From an uncultured Omnitrophica bacterium (GTDB taxonomy: Bacteria > Omnitrophota > Gorgyraeia > JACQQV01), in assembly GCA_947085655.1 (NCBI GenBank), contig CAMTXH010000007.1, positions 46,085 to 110,084 on the forward strand: 64,000 bases of DNA. Direction: 5' to 3'. Every line of letters starts with the position of its first letter. The first letter of the stretch is position 1. This document shows positions 37,161 to 46,480 of the stretch, one piece after another. The position numbers and the translations under genes are program-made. Under the pieces are notes generated by a model. That model was not told the origin of the DNA. It saw nothing but the letters and a program-made list of their open reading frames with translations, and did no database searches.

Positions 37161-38250
37161 ACGGATTGTGGTAAAAGTCGGTACGACCGTTCTTTTGTCG
37201 CCGAGGGTGGAGCAGATCGACCCGGAGCGCCTCCATACCGTCACGAGTCAAATCGCGGCGTTGGGAAAACAGAAGATTGAGGTGATTCTCGTCTCCTCCG
37301 GTGCCATCCCTTGCGGGATGCAGGCGTTGGGACTGAAGGCGCGTCCTACCTCCCTGCCGGAGGCGCAGGCGGTCGCAGCCATCGGCCAGGCGAAACTGAT
37401 GAAACTGTACGATGACGATCTCCGTCAGAAGGGGATTCTGACCAGTCAAGTTCTTCTGACGCAGGACGACCTCCGGGACCGGAAGCGTTGCTGGAATGCC
37501 CGGAACACCCTTTTATCGCTCCTCCGGCTCGGGGCTTTGCCGATCGTGAACGAAAACGACACGGTGGCGACCGAGGAGATTTGTCTGGGGGACAACGACC
37601 GGCTTTCGAGTCTGGTTGCCTGGATGATTGGGGCTGACCTTCTGGTCATCCTCTCCGATGTCGACGGGCTTTATGCCGATTTCAGAACAAAAGAGGGGAA
37701 ACTCCTGGACTCAGTGGAGCGGATCGATGCCGCCATTGAGCGGCTCGCATCGGACCGGGCCAAACAGACCTCCAGGGGGGGCATGAAAACCAAAATCCAG
37801 GCGGCTAAAATCGCGACCGCTGCCGGCATCCCTGTTGTGATTACAAACGGCCGGAAGGAAGGAACTCTCCTGAAAGTCGTCTCCGGAGAGTCGGTCGGGA
37901 CCCTTTTTCTGCCGAGAACAGGTCGGCTCGGCTCCCGGAAAGGGTGGATCGCCTTCAGCTCAAGGCCCAAGGGGAAAGTCCGGGTGGATCAGGGGGCTAA
38001 AGAGGCGCTTCTGGAACGGGGGAAGAGTCTTCTTCCGTCAGGGATTCTCGGGACCGATGAGGTCTTCTCCGCGGGTGAAATTATCAGCATCGTGGATGAA
38101 AAGAGCATCGAATTTGCCCGCGGGTTGATTAACTACTCCTCCGGAGAGGTGGAGAAAATCCGGGGGCTCAAAAGCGACCGGATTGCAGAAGTATTGGGAT
38201 ATAAACGTTACGATGAAGTGATTCATCGGGACAACATGGTGATTTTATAG
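37129..38250 (+). CDS. proB: Glutamate 5-kinase ProB (with PUA domain)
   Basis: 'KRIVVKVGTTVL' amino-acid kinase fold with a C-terminal PUA. The ATG at 37129 overlaps the obg 3' end. Confidence 0.9.
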   Translation: MEKKREFGKIKRIVVKVGTTVLLSPRVEQIDPERLHTVTSQIAALGKQKIEVILVSSGAIPCGMQALGLKARPTSLPEAQAVAAIGQAKLMKLYDDDLRQKGILTSQVLLTQDDLRDRKRCWNARNTLLSLLRLGALPIVNENDTVATEEICLGDNDRLSSLVAWMIGADLLVILSDVDGLYADFRTKEGKLLDSVERIDAAIERLASDRAKQTSRGGMKTKIQAAKIATAAGIPVVITNGRKEGTLLKVVSGESVGTLFLPRTGRLGSRKGWIAFSSRPKGKVRVDQGAKEALLERGKSLLPSGILGTDEVFSAGEIISIVDEKSIEFARGLINYSSGEVEKIRGLKSDRIAEVLGYKRYDEVIHRDNMVIL

Positions 38251-38252
38251 CG

Positions 38253-39509
38253 ATGGCACTCCAAAAAGAAATTGATACGCTTGTCCGAAAGGCAAAGGAG
38301 GCTTCCCAGAAGGTGGCGATCGCCTCCACCTCGCAGAAAAACAAAACACTCCGGAAGATGGCGAGTCTTTTGAAGAAGGGGAGCCATCTTCTCATCAGAG
38401 CCAATCAAAAAGACCTCAGGGCCGCTTCCAAAAAGGGGAGATCGAAGGCGTATTTGGACCGTCTGACGCTGAATGAGAAAAGGATTCAGGGGATGGTCGA
38501 TTCCCTTGAGGTGATTGCGGGACTGCCGGATCCGGTCGGGGCCGTCGAGAAAATGACCCCTCTTTCAAACGGTATGCTCCTCGGTAAGATGCGGACTCCC
38601 CTTGGTGTGATCGCCATTATTTACGAGTCCCGTCCGGACGTCACGAGCGATACCGCCGGGCTCTGCCTTAAATCGGGAAATGCGGTCATTTTGAAAGGGG
38701 GAAGCGATGCCCTTTTTTCGAACCGAGCGATTGCGGACATTCTTCAAAAGGCCCTGGAAGAGACGGGGCTTCCCAAAGAGGCGGTTTCCCTTATCCGGCA
38801 CGGGGGGCATGAGTCGGTCCGGTATCTGCTGAAGCAGACCGACTGGATTGACTTGGTGATTCCCCGGGGAGGGGAAGGGCTGATCCGTGAAGTCTGCCGG
38901 CTTTCCCGAATTCCGGTGATTAAGCATGACAAGGGAGTCTGTCATGTCTATGTGGATTCGGAATGTGATTTGAACATGGCCGAGCGGATTGTGATGAATG
39001 CCAAAGTTCAGCGGGCCGGAACATGCAACGCGATGGAGACCCTTCTGGTCCATGAAGATATCGCGGGGCGTTTCCTTTCTCCCTGCATCCGCCGGCTCCA
39101 AAACCAGGGGGTGGAGATCCGGGGATGCGAGCGGACCGTCCGGCTTGTCCCTCGAATCCGGCGTGCGTCGCTTAAAGATTGGACCACCGAGTACCTTGAT
39201 TTGATTCTTTCCGTCCGGATTGTCAAAAATCTTCAGGAAGCGATCGATCATATCCGGACATACGGCTCGATGCATACGGACGCCATCGTCACGGAAAACC
39301 ACGAACATGCCATGAAATTTGTGCAGGAAGTGGACTCTTCCTGTGTTTTTGTCAACGCTTCGACCCGGTTAAGTGACGGAGGGGTTTTCGGCATGGGGGC
39401 GGAGATGGGGATTTCCACCGGGAAACTCCACGCCCGCGGACCGATGGGACTTGCCGAATTGACGTCGTACAAGTTTGTCGGCTTCGGAAGCGGTCAGATT
39501 CGTGAATAG
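38253..39509 (+). CDS. proA: Gamma-glutamyl phosphate reductase ProA
   Basis: 418-aa aldehyde dehydrogenase-family protein with a ProA signature and catalytic Cys ('TCNAMETLLVH'). Follows proB. Confidence 0.9.
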   Translation: MALQKEIDTLVRKAKEASQKVAIASTSQKNKTLRKMASLLKKGSHLLIRANQKDLRAASKKGRSKAYLDRLTLNEKRIQGMVDSLEVIAGLPDPVGAVEKMTPLSNGMLLGKMRTPLGVIAIIYESRPDVTSDTAGLCLKSGNAVILKGGSDALFSNRAIADILQKALEETGLPKEAVSLIRHGGHESVRYLLKQTDWIDLVIPRGGEGLIREVCRLSRIPVIKHDKGVCHVYVDSECDLNMAERIVMNAKVQRAGTCNAMETLLVHEDIAGRFLSPCIRRLQNQGVEIRGCERTVRLVPRIRRASLKDWTTEYLDLILSVRIVKNLQEAIDHIRTYGSMHTDAIVTENHEHAMKFVQEVDSSCVFVNASTRLSDGGVFGMGAEMGISTGKLHARGPMGLAELTSYKFVGFGSGQIRE

Positions 39510-39512
39510 TTG

Positions 39513-40079
39513 ATGAAAATCGGTCTTCTCGGGGGTTCCTTCAACCCCATTCACAATGCCCATCTGATTCTGGCGCGGGAGGCCAAAAAACAACTGGGAC
39601 TTGAACGGATTCTTTTTATTCCTTCCTGCTCAACTCCCAAAAAGGAAGAGTCTCTCTCCGCCTCGCCGGAAGACCGTCTTGAAATGGTCAAAATCGCGAT
39701 TCGGAACGACCCCGGCTTTTCCTTTTCCGATATCGAAATCCGCCGCGGGGGAGTTTCCTATACCATCGACACCGTCAAGGCCCTCCGCAAAGAAATGCCG
39801 GAGGCCTCCTTTGTTTTCTTGATCGGTTCGGACGCCCTGGCAGCGCTTTCCACCTGGAAGTCGGCCGACGAACTTTTGCGGCTCTGTCCTTTTGCCGTGG
39901 CGGAGCGACCCGGGTTTCCTGTTAAGAAAATATCCAATGGTACCCGGCTCATCCGGCTTTCCCCTTTGGACATCTCCTCCGAAATGATCCGTCAAAGGGT
40001 TTCTGAAGGGAAGCCGGTGACGAAATGGGTTCCTCCCGCCGTTTGGGCTTATATCCGGGAGCATGCGCTTTACCGATGA
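39513..40079 (+). CDS. nadD: Nicotinate-nucleotide adenylyltransferase NadD
   Basis: 'MKIGLLGGSFNPIHNAHL' (the (H/T)xGH motif) and 'SSTxxR'-like 'SCSTPKK'. A TTG at 39510 is also possible. Confidence 0.85.
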   Translation: MKIGLLGGSFNPIHNAHLILAREAKKQLGLERILFIPSCSTPKKEESLSASPEDRLEMVKIAIRNDPGFSFSDIEIRRGGVSYTIDTVKALRKEMPEASFVFLIGSDALAALSTWKSADELLRLCPFAVAERPGFPVKKISNGTRLIRLSPLDISSEMIRQRVSEGKPVTKWVPPAVWAYIREHALYR

Positions 40080-41311
40080 CGCCGATTCTCTGGAGGGGGA
40101 TCCTTCTTTTGTTTCTTTTGGGACTTTCGGGGCTTTTCTCCGCCTCTGAAATGGCCCTTTTTTCCCTTTCCAGAATCCAACTCAAACGGATCGGAGACCG
40201 CCATCCCCATCGTCACGGGCTCGTCGTCTCCCTGCTGGACCGTCCCCGTCGGACCTTGATTACGATTCTCATCGGGAATACCCTTGTGAATGTGGCCGCC
40301 AGCGCCGTGGCCACCTCCCTTTCGATTCATTTGTTTGGGGAAGTGGGAATCGGAATCGCCGTTGGAACGATGACGTTTCTCATCCTGATCTTTGGAGAAA
40401 TCAATCCGAAGACAGTCGCCCTCCGGAATGCGGAAGGACTCTCCGTCATTGTCGCCCCCTTCATCGAGTTTTTCGCTTATCTGATTCTCCCAATCCGGCG
40501 CCTCACCCGTGCCATCACCGATTTTCTCCTTGACCTTTTGGTTGGTGAAAGTTACATTGCAGAACCCTTCATCTCCTCCCATGAGTTGAAGACACTCGTT
40601 TCCATCGGTGAGCGGGAGGGCATTTTGGACCAGGACGAGCGGGATATGATTCATGCGGTTTTTGAATTCGGGGAGACTCGGGCGAATGAAATTATGACCC
40701 CTCGGGTTGAGATTACCGCCTGTCCCATGGAGGCCTCTTCCGGGGAGGTCAAAAAAATTCTCGAAAAGGTTCACCGGACCAAGGTTCCGGTCTATGAAAA
40801 ATCTCTCGACCATATCGTGGGCGTTTTGGCCACCAAGGATTTCCTTCTTTCCCGGGAGGAAAACTGGCGGAAACTCGTCCGGAGCGCCTATTTCATCCCG
40901 GAATCCAAAAAAATCGGGGAGCTCCTTTCCGAATTTCAGCGGAGCCAGGAGTCCCTTGCCATTGTGGTTGACGAATTTGGGGGCACGGCGGGACTGGTGA
41001 CCCGCGAAGACATCCTGGAGGAGGTTGTGGGGGAGATCCGGGATGAGTATGACATCGAAGAGGACCCCTTCCACCAGATCGAGACGAATGCCCTGCGTGT
41101 CAACGGACGCGTCTCGTTGAAGGATTTGAAGGAGAAGTTCGGGATGTCTTACGAGGGAGAGGAGGCGCCGAGTGTGGCCGGTTATCTCCTTTCAAAACTG
41201 GGACATATCCCGAAAGTGGGGGAAACCTTTCGGGACGGGGCCCTTCATTTTACGGTGGAAGAGGTGAGGCGGAATCAGATCCGCCGGTTGATCGTGAGGA
41301 AAGAATCATGA
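40076..41311 (+). CDS. CNNM/CorC-family transporter-associated protein (DUF21 + CBS pair + CorC_HlyC)
   Basis: N-terminal 4-TM DUF21 ('SASEMALFSLSRIQLKR'), tandem CBS domains and a C-terminal CorC_HlyC. ATGA overlap with nadD. Confidence 0.75.
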   Translation: MTPILWRGILLLFLLGLSGLFSASEMALFSLSRIQLKRIGDRHPHRHGLVVSLLDRPRRTLITILIGNTLVNVAASAVATSLSIHLFGEVGIGIAVGTMTFLILIFGEINPKTVALRNAEGLSVIVAPFIEFFAYLILPIRRLTRAITDFLLDLLVGESYIAEPFISSHELKTLVSIGEREGILDQDERDMIHAVFEFGETRANEIMTPRVEITACPMEASSGEVKKILEKVHRTKVPVYEKSLDHIVGVLATKDFLLSREENWRKLVRSAYFIPESKKIGELLSEFQRSQESLAIVVDEFGGTAGLVTREDILEEVVGEIRDEYDIEEDPFHQIETNALRVNGRVSLKDLKEKFGMSYEGEEAPSVAGYLLSKLGHIPKVGETFRDGALHFTVEEVRRNQIRRLIVRKES

Positions 41312-42279
41312 CGCCTTTTTCGACGATGATTTTGGTCGGCTTCTTCGTGCTCCTCACCGGTTTTTTTGCCGGGTCGGAGACGGCGCTCATGTCCATCAAC
41401 CGGATCAAACTCCGGAGTCTGGCTGATTCGGGAAACCGGAACGCCCGAATTGTCCAAAAACTCCTTCGGGACCCGGACCAACTGTTCATCGCTCTTTTAA
41501 TCGGAACAAACCTTTCCATCATCCTTGCCTCAAGCACCTTTTCGGCCTATCTTCTCGCCCGGGGGACTCCTCATGTGGAAGAGATTACCACATTGATCGT
41601 CACTCCTCTCCTTTTGATCTTCGGGGAGATTATCCCGAAATCTTTGTTTCGGCAGAATGCTTTCTTCCTTGTTTCGGTTTTGACCCCGATTCTCCGCTTT
41701 TCATTCAACCTCTTTTTCCCGCTGGCGCGTGTCTTCCGCTTTTTGAACGCCCAGCTTCTCCGTTTGATGGGTCAGAAGGACGAGTTCACCCAGCCCCTTT
41801 TCGCCACCAAGGCGGAGTTGAAATACCTCATTCAGGAAAGCGAACAGCGGGGACTTCTGAAGGCGCATGAGCGGTCCATGATCTATCGGATTTTCGAGTT
41901 GGGAGAGAAACATGTCAAAAAGGTGATGACGCCCCGGGAACGGATTGTCGCTCTCCCGGAAGGGGCCACCATCGATCAGATGATGGAAAAACTCCGGAAG
42001 AGCCGCTTCACCTGGATGCCGGTGTATGAAGAGGATTCCAGCCGGTTTGTCGGCTTCGTCAGTCTTTTTGATGTGGCCTATGAAGAGGATGTGGATAAGC
42101 CGCTCTCCGAATACTTGCGGCCGCTTGTTTCGGTGCGGGAGGAGATGCCGATTGATGAGGTGCTGGTGACGCTTCAAAAAAGGAAAAGTTCCATGGCGGT
42201 CGTGGAGGATACCGAGCGAAAGACGGTTGGACTGGTGACGATCGAAGATCTTTTGGGCCAGTTGGTGGGCGGCACTTGA
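41308..42279 (+). CDS. CNNM/CorC-family protein, tandem paralogue (DUF21 + CBS pair)
   Basis: 'GSETALMSINRIKLRSL' DUF21 and CBS pair. Shorter than its neighbour and lacks a clear CorC_HlyC domain. Confidence 0.75.
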   Translation: MTPFSTMILVGFFVLLTGFFAGSETALMSINRIKLRSLADSGNRNARIVQKLLRDPDQLFIALLIGTNLSIILASSTFSAYLLARGTPHVEEITTLIVTPLLLIFGEIIPKSLFRQNAFFLVSVLTPILRFSFNLFFPLARVFRFLNAQLLRLMGQKDEFTQPLFATKAELKYLIQESEQRGLLKAHERSMIYRIFELGEKHVKKVMTPRERIVALPEGATIDQMMEKLRKSRFTWMPVYEEDSSRFVGFVSLFDVAYEEDVDKPLSEYLRPLVSVREEMPIDEVLVTLQKRKSSMAVVEDTERKTVGLVTIEDLLGQLVGGT

Positions 42280-42294
42280 CCCTTAAAAAAGGGC

Positions 42295-42323
42295 GTTGAC
42301 AGAAATGCGCATTCTTGGTATGA
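42295..42323 (+). promoter_or_regulatory. Consensus sigma70 promoter upstream of the zinc-ribbon micro-ORF and rsfS
   Basis: TTGACA, a 17-nt spacer (gaaatgcgcattcttgg), then TATGAT. Confidence 0.5.
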
Positions 42324-42344
42324 TAAAAAATAAGGAGGTGTTTC

Positions 42345-42491
42345 ATGGATGCTTATTGCGTGAAATGTAAAGGCAAGAAACAGATGAAAGACGCGAAATC
42401 GGTTACAATGAAAAACGGTCGACCCGCGATGAAAGGGATTTGTCCGGACTGCGGAACAGGGCTTTATCGAATTCTGACGAAAGCGAAGTAA
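42345..42491 (+). CDS. 48-aa zinc-ribbon protein (CxxC ... CxxC), hypothetical
   Basis: Not in the ORF track (under 60 aa). Perfect RBS AAGGAGG 6 nt before the ATG. Sequence MDAYCVKCKGKKQMKDAKSVTMKNGRPAMKGICPDCGTGLYRILTKAK. Overlaps the annotated start of rsfS. Confidence 0.5.
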   Translation: MDAYCVKCKGKKQMKDAKSVTMKNGRPAMKGICPDCGTGLYRILTKAK

Positions 42492-42880
42492 GACCGATTA
42501 CAATCCGTTCTGACCAAAAAGCGCTCCTGATCGCGAAGGCAAGTCTCTCCAAGAAAGCGCACGAAGTGGTGATCTTGGACATGAAGGATGCATCCAATTT
42601 CACCGATTTTTTTGTCATCGCAAGCGGCACGTCCCAACGCCAGGTTCAGACGATTGCAGAGTGCATTGAGGAGACCCTCTCCAAGAAGGGACTTTCCCTC
42701 TGGCACCAAGAGGGTTATCGGGAGGGAATGTGGGTGGTTTTGGATTACGGCGATGTCATGGTTCATGTCTTTCAACAGGAAAAACGGGATTTCTACCGGC
42801 TCGAACGCCTCTGGGGAGAGGCTCCTCGGCAGTATGTGACGGATGAGGCAAAGCGCTCACCACTTTCCAGACGCGGGTAA
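42440..42880 (+). CDS. rsfS: Ribosomal silencing factor RsfS (Iojap family)
   Basis: 'ALLIAKASLSKKAHEVVILDMKD ... FFVIASGTSQRQVQTIAE ... WVVLDYGDVMVHVFQQEKRDFYRLERLW'. The start is uncertain. The only in-frame start is the TTG at 42440, inside the zinc-ribbon ORF. No canonical start lies downstream of that ORF's stop. Confidence 0.7.
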   Translation: MSGLRNRALSNSDESEVRPITIRSDQKALLIAKASLSKKAHEVVILDMKDASNFTDFFVIASGTSQRQVQTIAECIEETLSKKGLSLWHQEGYREGMWVVLDYGDVMVHVFQQEKRDFYRLERLWGEAPRQYVTDEAKRSPLSRRG

Positions 42881-44570
42881 CGACCCTTCTACGACCCCTT
42901 CCCCGAAACCGAAAGACCTGCTCCAACAGCTCCTTGAAAAGACGGTCGGTTCTCTCTTCCCGGATCATGCCCAAGACTGCAGAGTGATTCTTGAAATTCC
43001 GAAGAGCCGCAGGCACGGAGATTTGACCACCAACATCGCCATGCGCCTCGGGAGTCTCGAAAAGAAAAATCCGATGATCGTGGCGCGGTCGATCCTCAGC
43101 TCACTCGAATCACTCCTCAGCGAACGTAAACTCAAGTCCCCCTTCAAAAAGAGCGAAATCCTTCCACCCGGTTTCATCAATTTCCATCTCAAAGAGGAGC
43201 ATCACCGGAATATCCTCTCGGAGATTTCCGATTCGGATCGGTACGGCGCATCCCAACTCGGGAAGGGGATGCCGCTTCAGATTGAATTTGTGAGTGCCAA
43301 TCCGACTGGGCCGCTCAGCGTGGCCCACGGGCGCCAGGCGGCGGTGGGGGATAGCTTGGCACGGATTCTGGAGTATGCCGGATACCAGGTGACGCGCGAA
43401 TACTATGTAAATGACATGGGGAACCAGATCCGGCTTTTGGGGACGTCTTTGTCTGCGCGGTACAGAGAGTTATTCGGAGAGAAAACCGAGATCCCGGAAG
43501 GGGGATACCAGGGGAGGTATCTTATTTCCCTCGCTGAGGCAATACGGGCAGAACACGGGGAACGATTCCGAACCGAGACGGAGGAGAGCCGCTCCCTTTT
43601 TGAGCGGGTTGCAACCGAGAAAATTCTCGGAGTCATCCGGGAGAACCTTGCCCGTTTCCAGGTCTTTTTTGACCATTTCACGCATGAATCCGAGTTGCAT
43701 GCCAAAGGGGAAGTTCAAAAGACTCTTGAGTTCCTTCGGAAAAGCGGTGACCTTTACGAGTCGGAGGGAGCCACCTGGTTCCGGTCCACCCGGCTGGGAG
43801 ACGACAAGGACCGTGTCGTCATCAAGTCGGACGGAAGTTTTACGTATCTTGCTCCGGACATCGCCTACCACCAAAAGAAATTCAGCCTGGGATTCAAACG
43901 GCTCATCGATATTTGGGGTCCGGATCATCACGGCTATATCGGCCGGTTGAAGGCGGCCGTTCAGGCCCTGGGCCATCCGAAGGAATCCCTGGATGTTTTA
44001 ATCATCCAGCTGGCGACCCTTTACCGGGAGGGAAAGCCGGTTGCGATGTCGACCCGGATGGGGGAGTTTATCACCCTTCAGGAGGTGATGGACGAAGTAG
44101 GGGTGGAGGCGGCCCGGTTTTTCTTTGTGATGAAAAAACGTTCCGCCCATCTTGATTTTGATTTGAGTCTTGCAAAAAGCCAGTCGCTTGAAAACCCGGT
44201 TTATACGATTCAATACGTTCATGCCCGGGTGGCCAATATCCTTAAGTTTGCGGAAGGGAAGATCAACCTCGCCCGGCGGACTGAGGCGGATGTGGCCCTT
44301 TTGAAGGAGCCGGAAGAATTGGAGATTTTGAAGCAACTGGGAGAATTTCCCGAAACCCTTCTTTCCTGTGCCAAGACCCTTGAACCGGTCTATCTGGTTT
44401 TGTATCTCCAGAAATTGGCAGGGGCATTCCACCGATTCTACCAGAAACACCGCGTCATCACGGACGATGTCCCGTTAAGTCTTGCCCGAGTTCAATTGGC
44501 CCTATGCGTCCAAAAAGTGATTCGTCGGGGACTGTCGCTATTGGGGATTACGGCACCCGACAAGATGTAA
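42843..44570 (+). CDS. argS: Arginine-tRNA ligase ArgS
   Basis: Class I aaRS. N-terminal Arg_tRNA_synt_N ('LLQQLLEKTV ... RHGDLTTNIAM'), HIGH-like 'ANPTGPLSVAHGR', and a DALR anticodon-binding C-terminus. The start may lie a few codons downstream of 42843. Confidence 0.9.
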   Translation: MRQSAHHFPDAGNDPSTTPSPKPKDLLQQLLEKTVGSLFPDHAQDCRVILEIPKSRRHGDLTTNIAMRLGSLEKKNPMIVARSILSSLESLLSERKLKSPFKKSEILPPGFINFHLKEEHHRNILSEISDSDRYGASQLGKGMPLQIEFVSANPTGPLSVAHGRQAAVGDSLARILEYAGYQVTREYYVNDMGNQIRLLGTSLSARYRELFGEKTEIPEGGYQGRYLISLAEAIRAEHGERFRTETEESRSLFERVATEKILGVIRENLARFQVFFDHFTHESELHAKGEVQKTLEFLRKSGDLYESEGATWFRSTRLGDDKDRVVIKSDGSFTYLAPDIAYHQKKFSLGFKRLIDIWGPDHHGYIGRLKAAVQALGHPKESLDVLIIQLATLYREGKPVAMSTRMGEFITLQEVMDEVGVEAARFFFVMKKRSAHLDFDLSLAKSQSLENPVYTIQYVHARVANILKFAEGKINLARRTEADVALLKEPEELEILKQLGEFPETLLSCAKTLEPVYLVLYLQKLAGAFHRFYQKHRVITDDVPLSLARVQLALCVQKVIRRGLSLLGITAPDKM

Positions 44571-46480
44571 AGATTCCCTTTGACGTTGTCTCCCTTTATC
44601 CGGGGGAGGTCTATTCGCGGGACGCTTTCTTGAGGCGTCTTACGCGTCTCGGCTACCTCCGGTGTGAGCGGGTTACGGAACTGGGGGACTTTGCGGTCCG
44701 CGGGGAGACGGTGGAGATTTATCCTGTTTCTTTTGAGGACCCGATTCAAATCCTCTTTGACGGGGATCGAATTGAATCGATCCGGAGCTTCCGCCTCTTG
44801 GACCATGAGATCCAGGAGCCCCACCCCTTTTTCATCCTCCTTCCTTTTCATAAAGAGCTTCCGAAGCCCCCCAAGCCCTTCCCGGCCGAGGCGTACCAGG
44901 CCGTCCCGCTGCAGGGTGCCGTGGACCTTGAAGAGGGGGATTATGCGGTCCATGTCGAGTACGGCATCGGCCGTTACAAGGGGCTTGAGAAACTGAAGAC
45001 CGATTCGGGACTCCGGGATCATCTGGTTCTGGAGTATGCGGAGGAGGACAAATTGTATGTCCCGTGCGAGCACCTCCATCTCATCCAGCGGTATGTCGGG
45101 CTCGGCGGCCGTGCCCCAAAACTCCACCGGCTCGGTTCCAAAGTCTGGAAAAAGACAAAAGAGATCTCCCAAAGGAACATCTACCGATATGCGGTTGAAC
45201 TTTTGGAAGTCCAGGCGAAGCGATCGAGCCGGAAGGGACATCCCTTTTCAAAGGACACGGACTGGCAGAAGGAGTTTGAAGAGGCCTTTCAATATGAGGA
45301 GACGCCGGATCAAGTCCGTTCCGCTGAAGAAGTGAAGGCGGATATGGAACGACCGAAGCCGATGGACCGGCTTTTGTGCGGAGATGTGGGATACGGTAAG
45401 ACGGAGGTGGCGCTTCGGGCAGCCTTTAAGGCGGTGATGGATGATAAACAGGTAGCGATGCTTGTCCCGACGACCATCCTGGCGGAGCAACATTTCAGGA
45501 CGTTCCTGGAGCGGGTATCGAAATATCCGGTGCAGGTGGAAATGCTTTCCCGGTTCCGCTCCAAAAGCGAGATTGGGGAGGCGTTGAAAGGGATCCGGGA
45601 GGGAGGGGTGGATATCGTAATCGGGACCCACATGCTTTTCTCGGATAAAATCCGATTTAAGGATTTGGGACTGGTCATCATCGACGAGGAGCAGCGGTTC
45701 GGTGTCCGGCATAAAGAGCGCTTGAAGCGCCTCCGGTATGAGGTGGATGTTCTGACGCTGACCGCCACGCCGATCCCGAGGACGCTCTATCTTTCCCTGA
45801 TGGGCGCCAGGGAGATGTCGATCATCAACACCCCGCCGGAGTCAAGGCGGCCGATTGAAACAGAGGTGACCGAGTTTGACGACGGTCTGATCCGGAAGGC
45901 GGCCCTTCTGGAACTCGAGCGAGGCGGCCAACTCTTTTTTGTGACGGACCGGATCAAGGGAATCGAGAAGATCCGAGATCACCTTTCGAAACTGATCCCC
46001 GAGGCGAGGATGGCGATCTGTCACGGCCAGATGCCGGAGCGGCACCTGGAGGAAGTGATGCATCAATTCATCACCCAGAAGATCGATTTTTTGATTTCAA
46101 CCAATATCATTGAATCCGGAATCGACATCCCGACCGCCAACACCCTCTTTGTCAACCACGCCCACCGGTTCGGACTGTCGGACCTCTACCAGCTCCGCGG
46201 CCGAATCGGGCGGTTTAAGGAAAAGGCATTTGCCTATTTTTTTGTTCCGAGAGGGTATCTCCCGACGGAAGAGGGGAAGAGGCGCCTTTCGGCCATCCAA
46301 AGGTTCGGCGCCCTCGGTTCCGGATTTAAAATCGCCATGCGCGACCTGGAGATTCGGGGAGCCGGGAACATCCTTGGGGTGGAGCAGCACGGCACCATCC
46401 AGGCAATCGGTTTTGATTTGTATTTGAGATTGCTTCGCGAGACGATTGCGCGGTTGGAACGGATGGAGTTTGAGGAATGA
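44504..46480 (+). CDS. mfd: Transcription-repair coupling factor Mfd, minimal form (D1b remnant/D3 + RID + translocase; no D1a/D2, no D7)
   Basis: CarD/TRCF RNAP-interacting domain ('GDYAVHVEYGIGRYKGL ... EYAEEDKLYVPCEHLHLIQRY'). SF2 translocase motifs ('LLCGDVGYGKTEVALRAA', 'DEEQRFG', 'QLRGRIGR', TRG-motif region). Only about 80 aa precede the RID. They match the end of domain 1b ('FAVRGETVEIYPVSFEDPIQILFDGDRIESIRSF'). The ORF is hemmed in by argS (stop 44570) and the SurA-like gene (start 46477), so the short ends are not an ORF-calling artefact. Confidence 0.8.
   Translation: MRPKSDSSGTVAIGDYGTRQDVKIPFDVVSLYPGEVYSRDAFLRRLTRLGYLRCERVTELGDFAVRGETVEIYPVSFEDPIQILFDGDRIESIRSFRLLDHEIQEPHPFFILLPFHKELPKPPKPFPAEAYQAVPLQGAVDLEEGDYAVHVEYGIGRYKGLEKLKTDSGLRDHLVLEYAEEDKLYVPCEHLHLIQRYVGLGGRAPKLHRLGSKVWKKTKEISQRNIYRYAVELLEVQAKRSSRKGHPFSKDTDWQKEFEEAFQYEETPDQVRSAEEVKADMERPKPMDRLLCGDVGYGKTEVALRAAFKAVMDDKQVAMLVPTTILAEQHFRTFLERVSKYPVQVEMLSRFRSKSEIGEALKGIREGGVDIVIGTHMLFSDKIRFKDLGLVIIDEEQRFGVRHKERLKRLRYEVDVLTLTATPIPRTLYLSLMGAREMSIINTPPESRRPIETEVTEFDDGLIRKAALLELERGGQLFFVTDRIKGIEKIRDHLSKLIPEARMAICHGQMPERHLEEVMHQFITQKIDFLISTNIIESGIDIPTANTLFVNHAHRFGLSDLYQLRGRIGRFKEKAFAYFFVPRGYLPTEEGKRRLSAIQRFGALGSGFKIAMRDLEIRGAGNILGVEQHGTIQAIGFDLYLRLLRETIARLERMEFEE

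Noticed and set aside
42843-42880. 36-nt overlap between the rsfS 3' end and the annotated argS ATG, and 67-nt overlap between argS and mfd.
   Set aside because: These are probably start-codon over-extension in the ORF track rather than real long overlaps. The true starts may be a few codons downstream, so the overlaps were not treated as findings.
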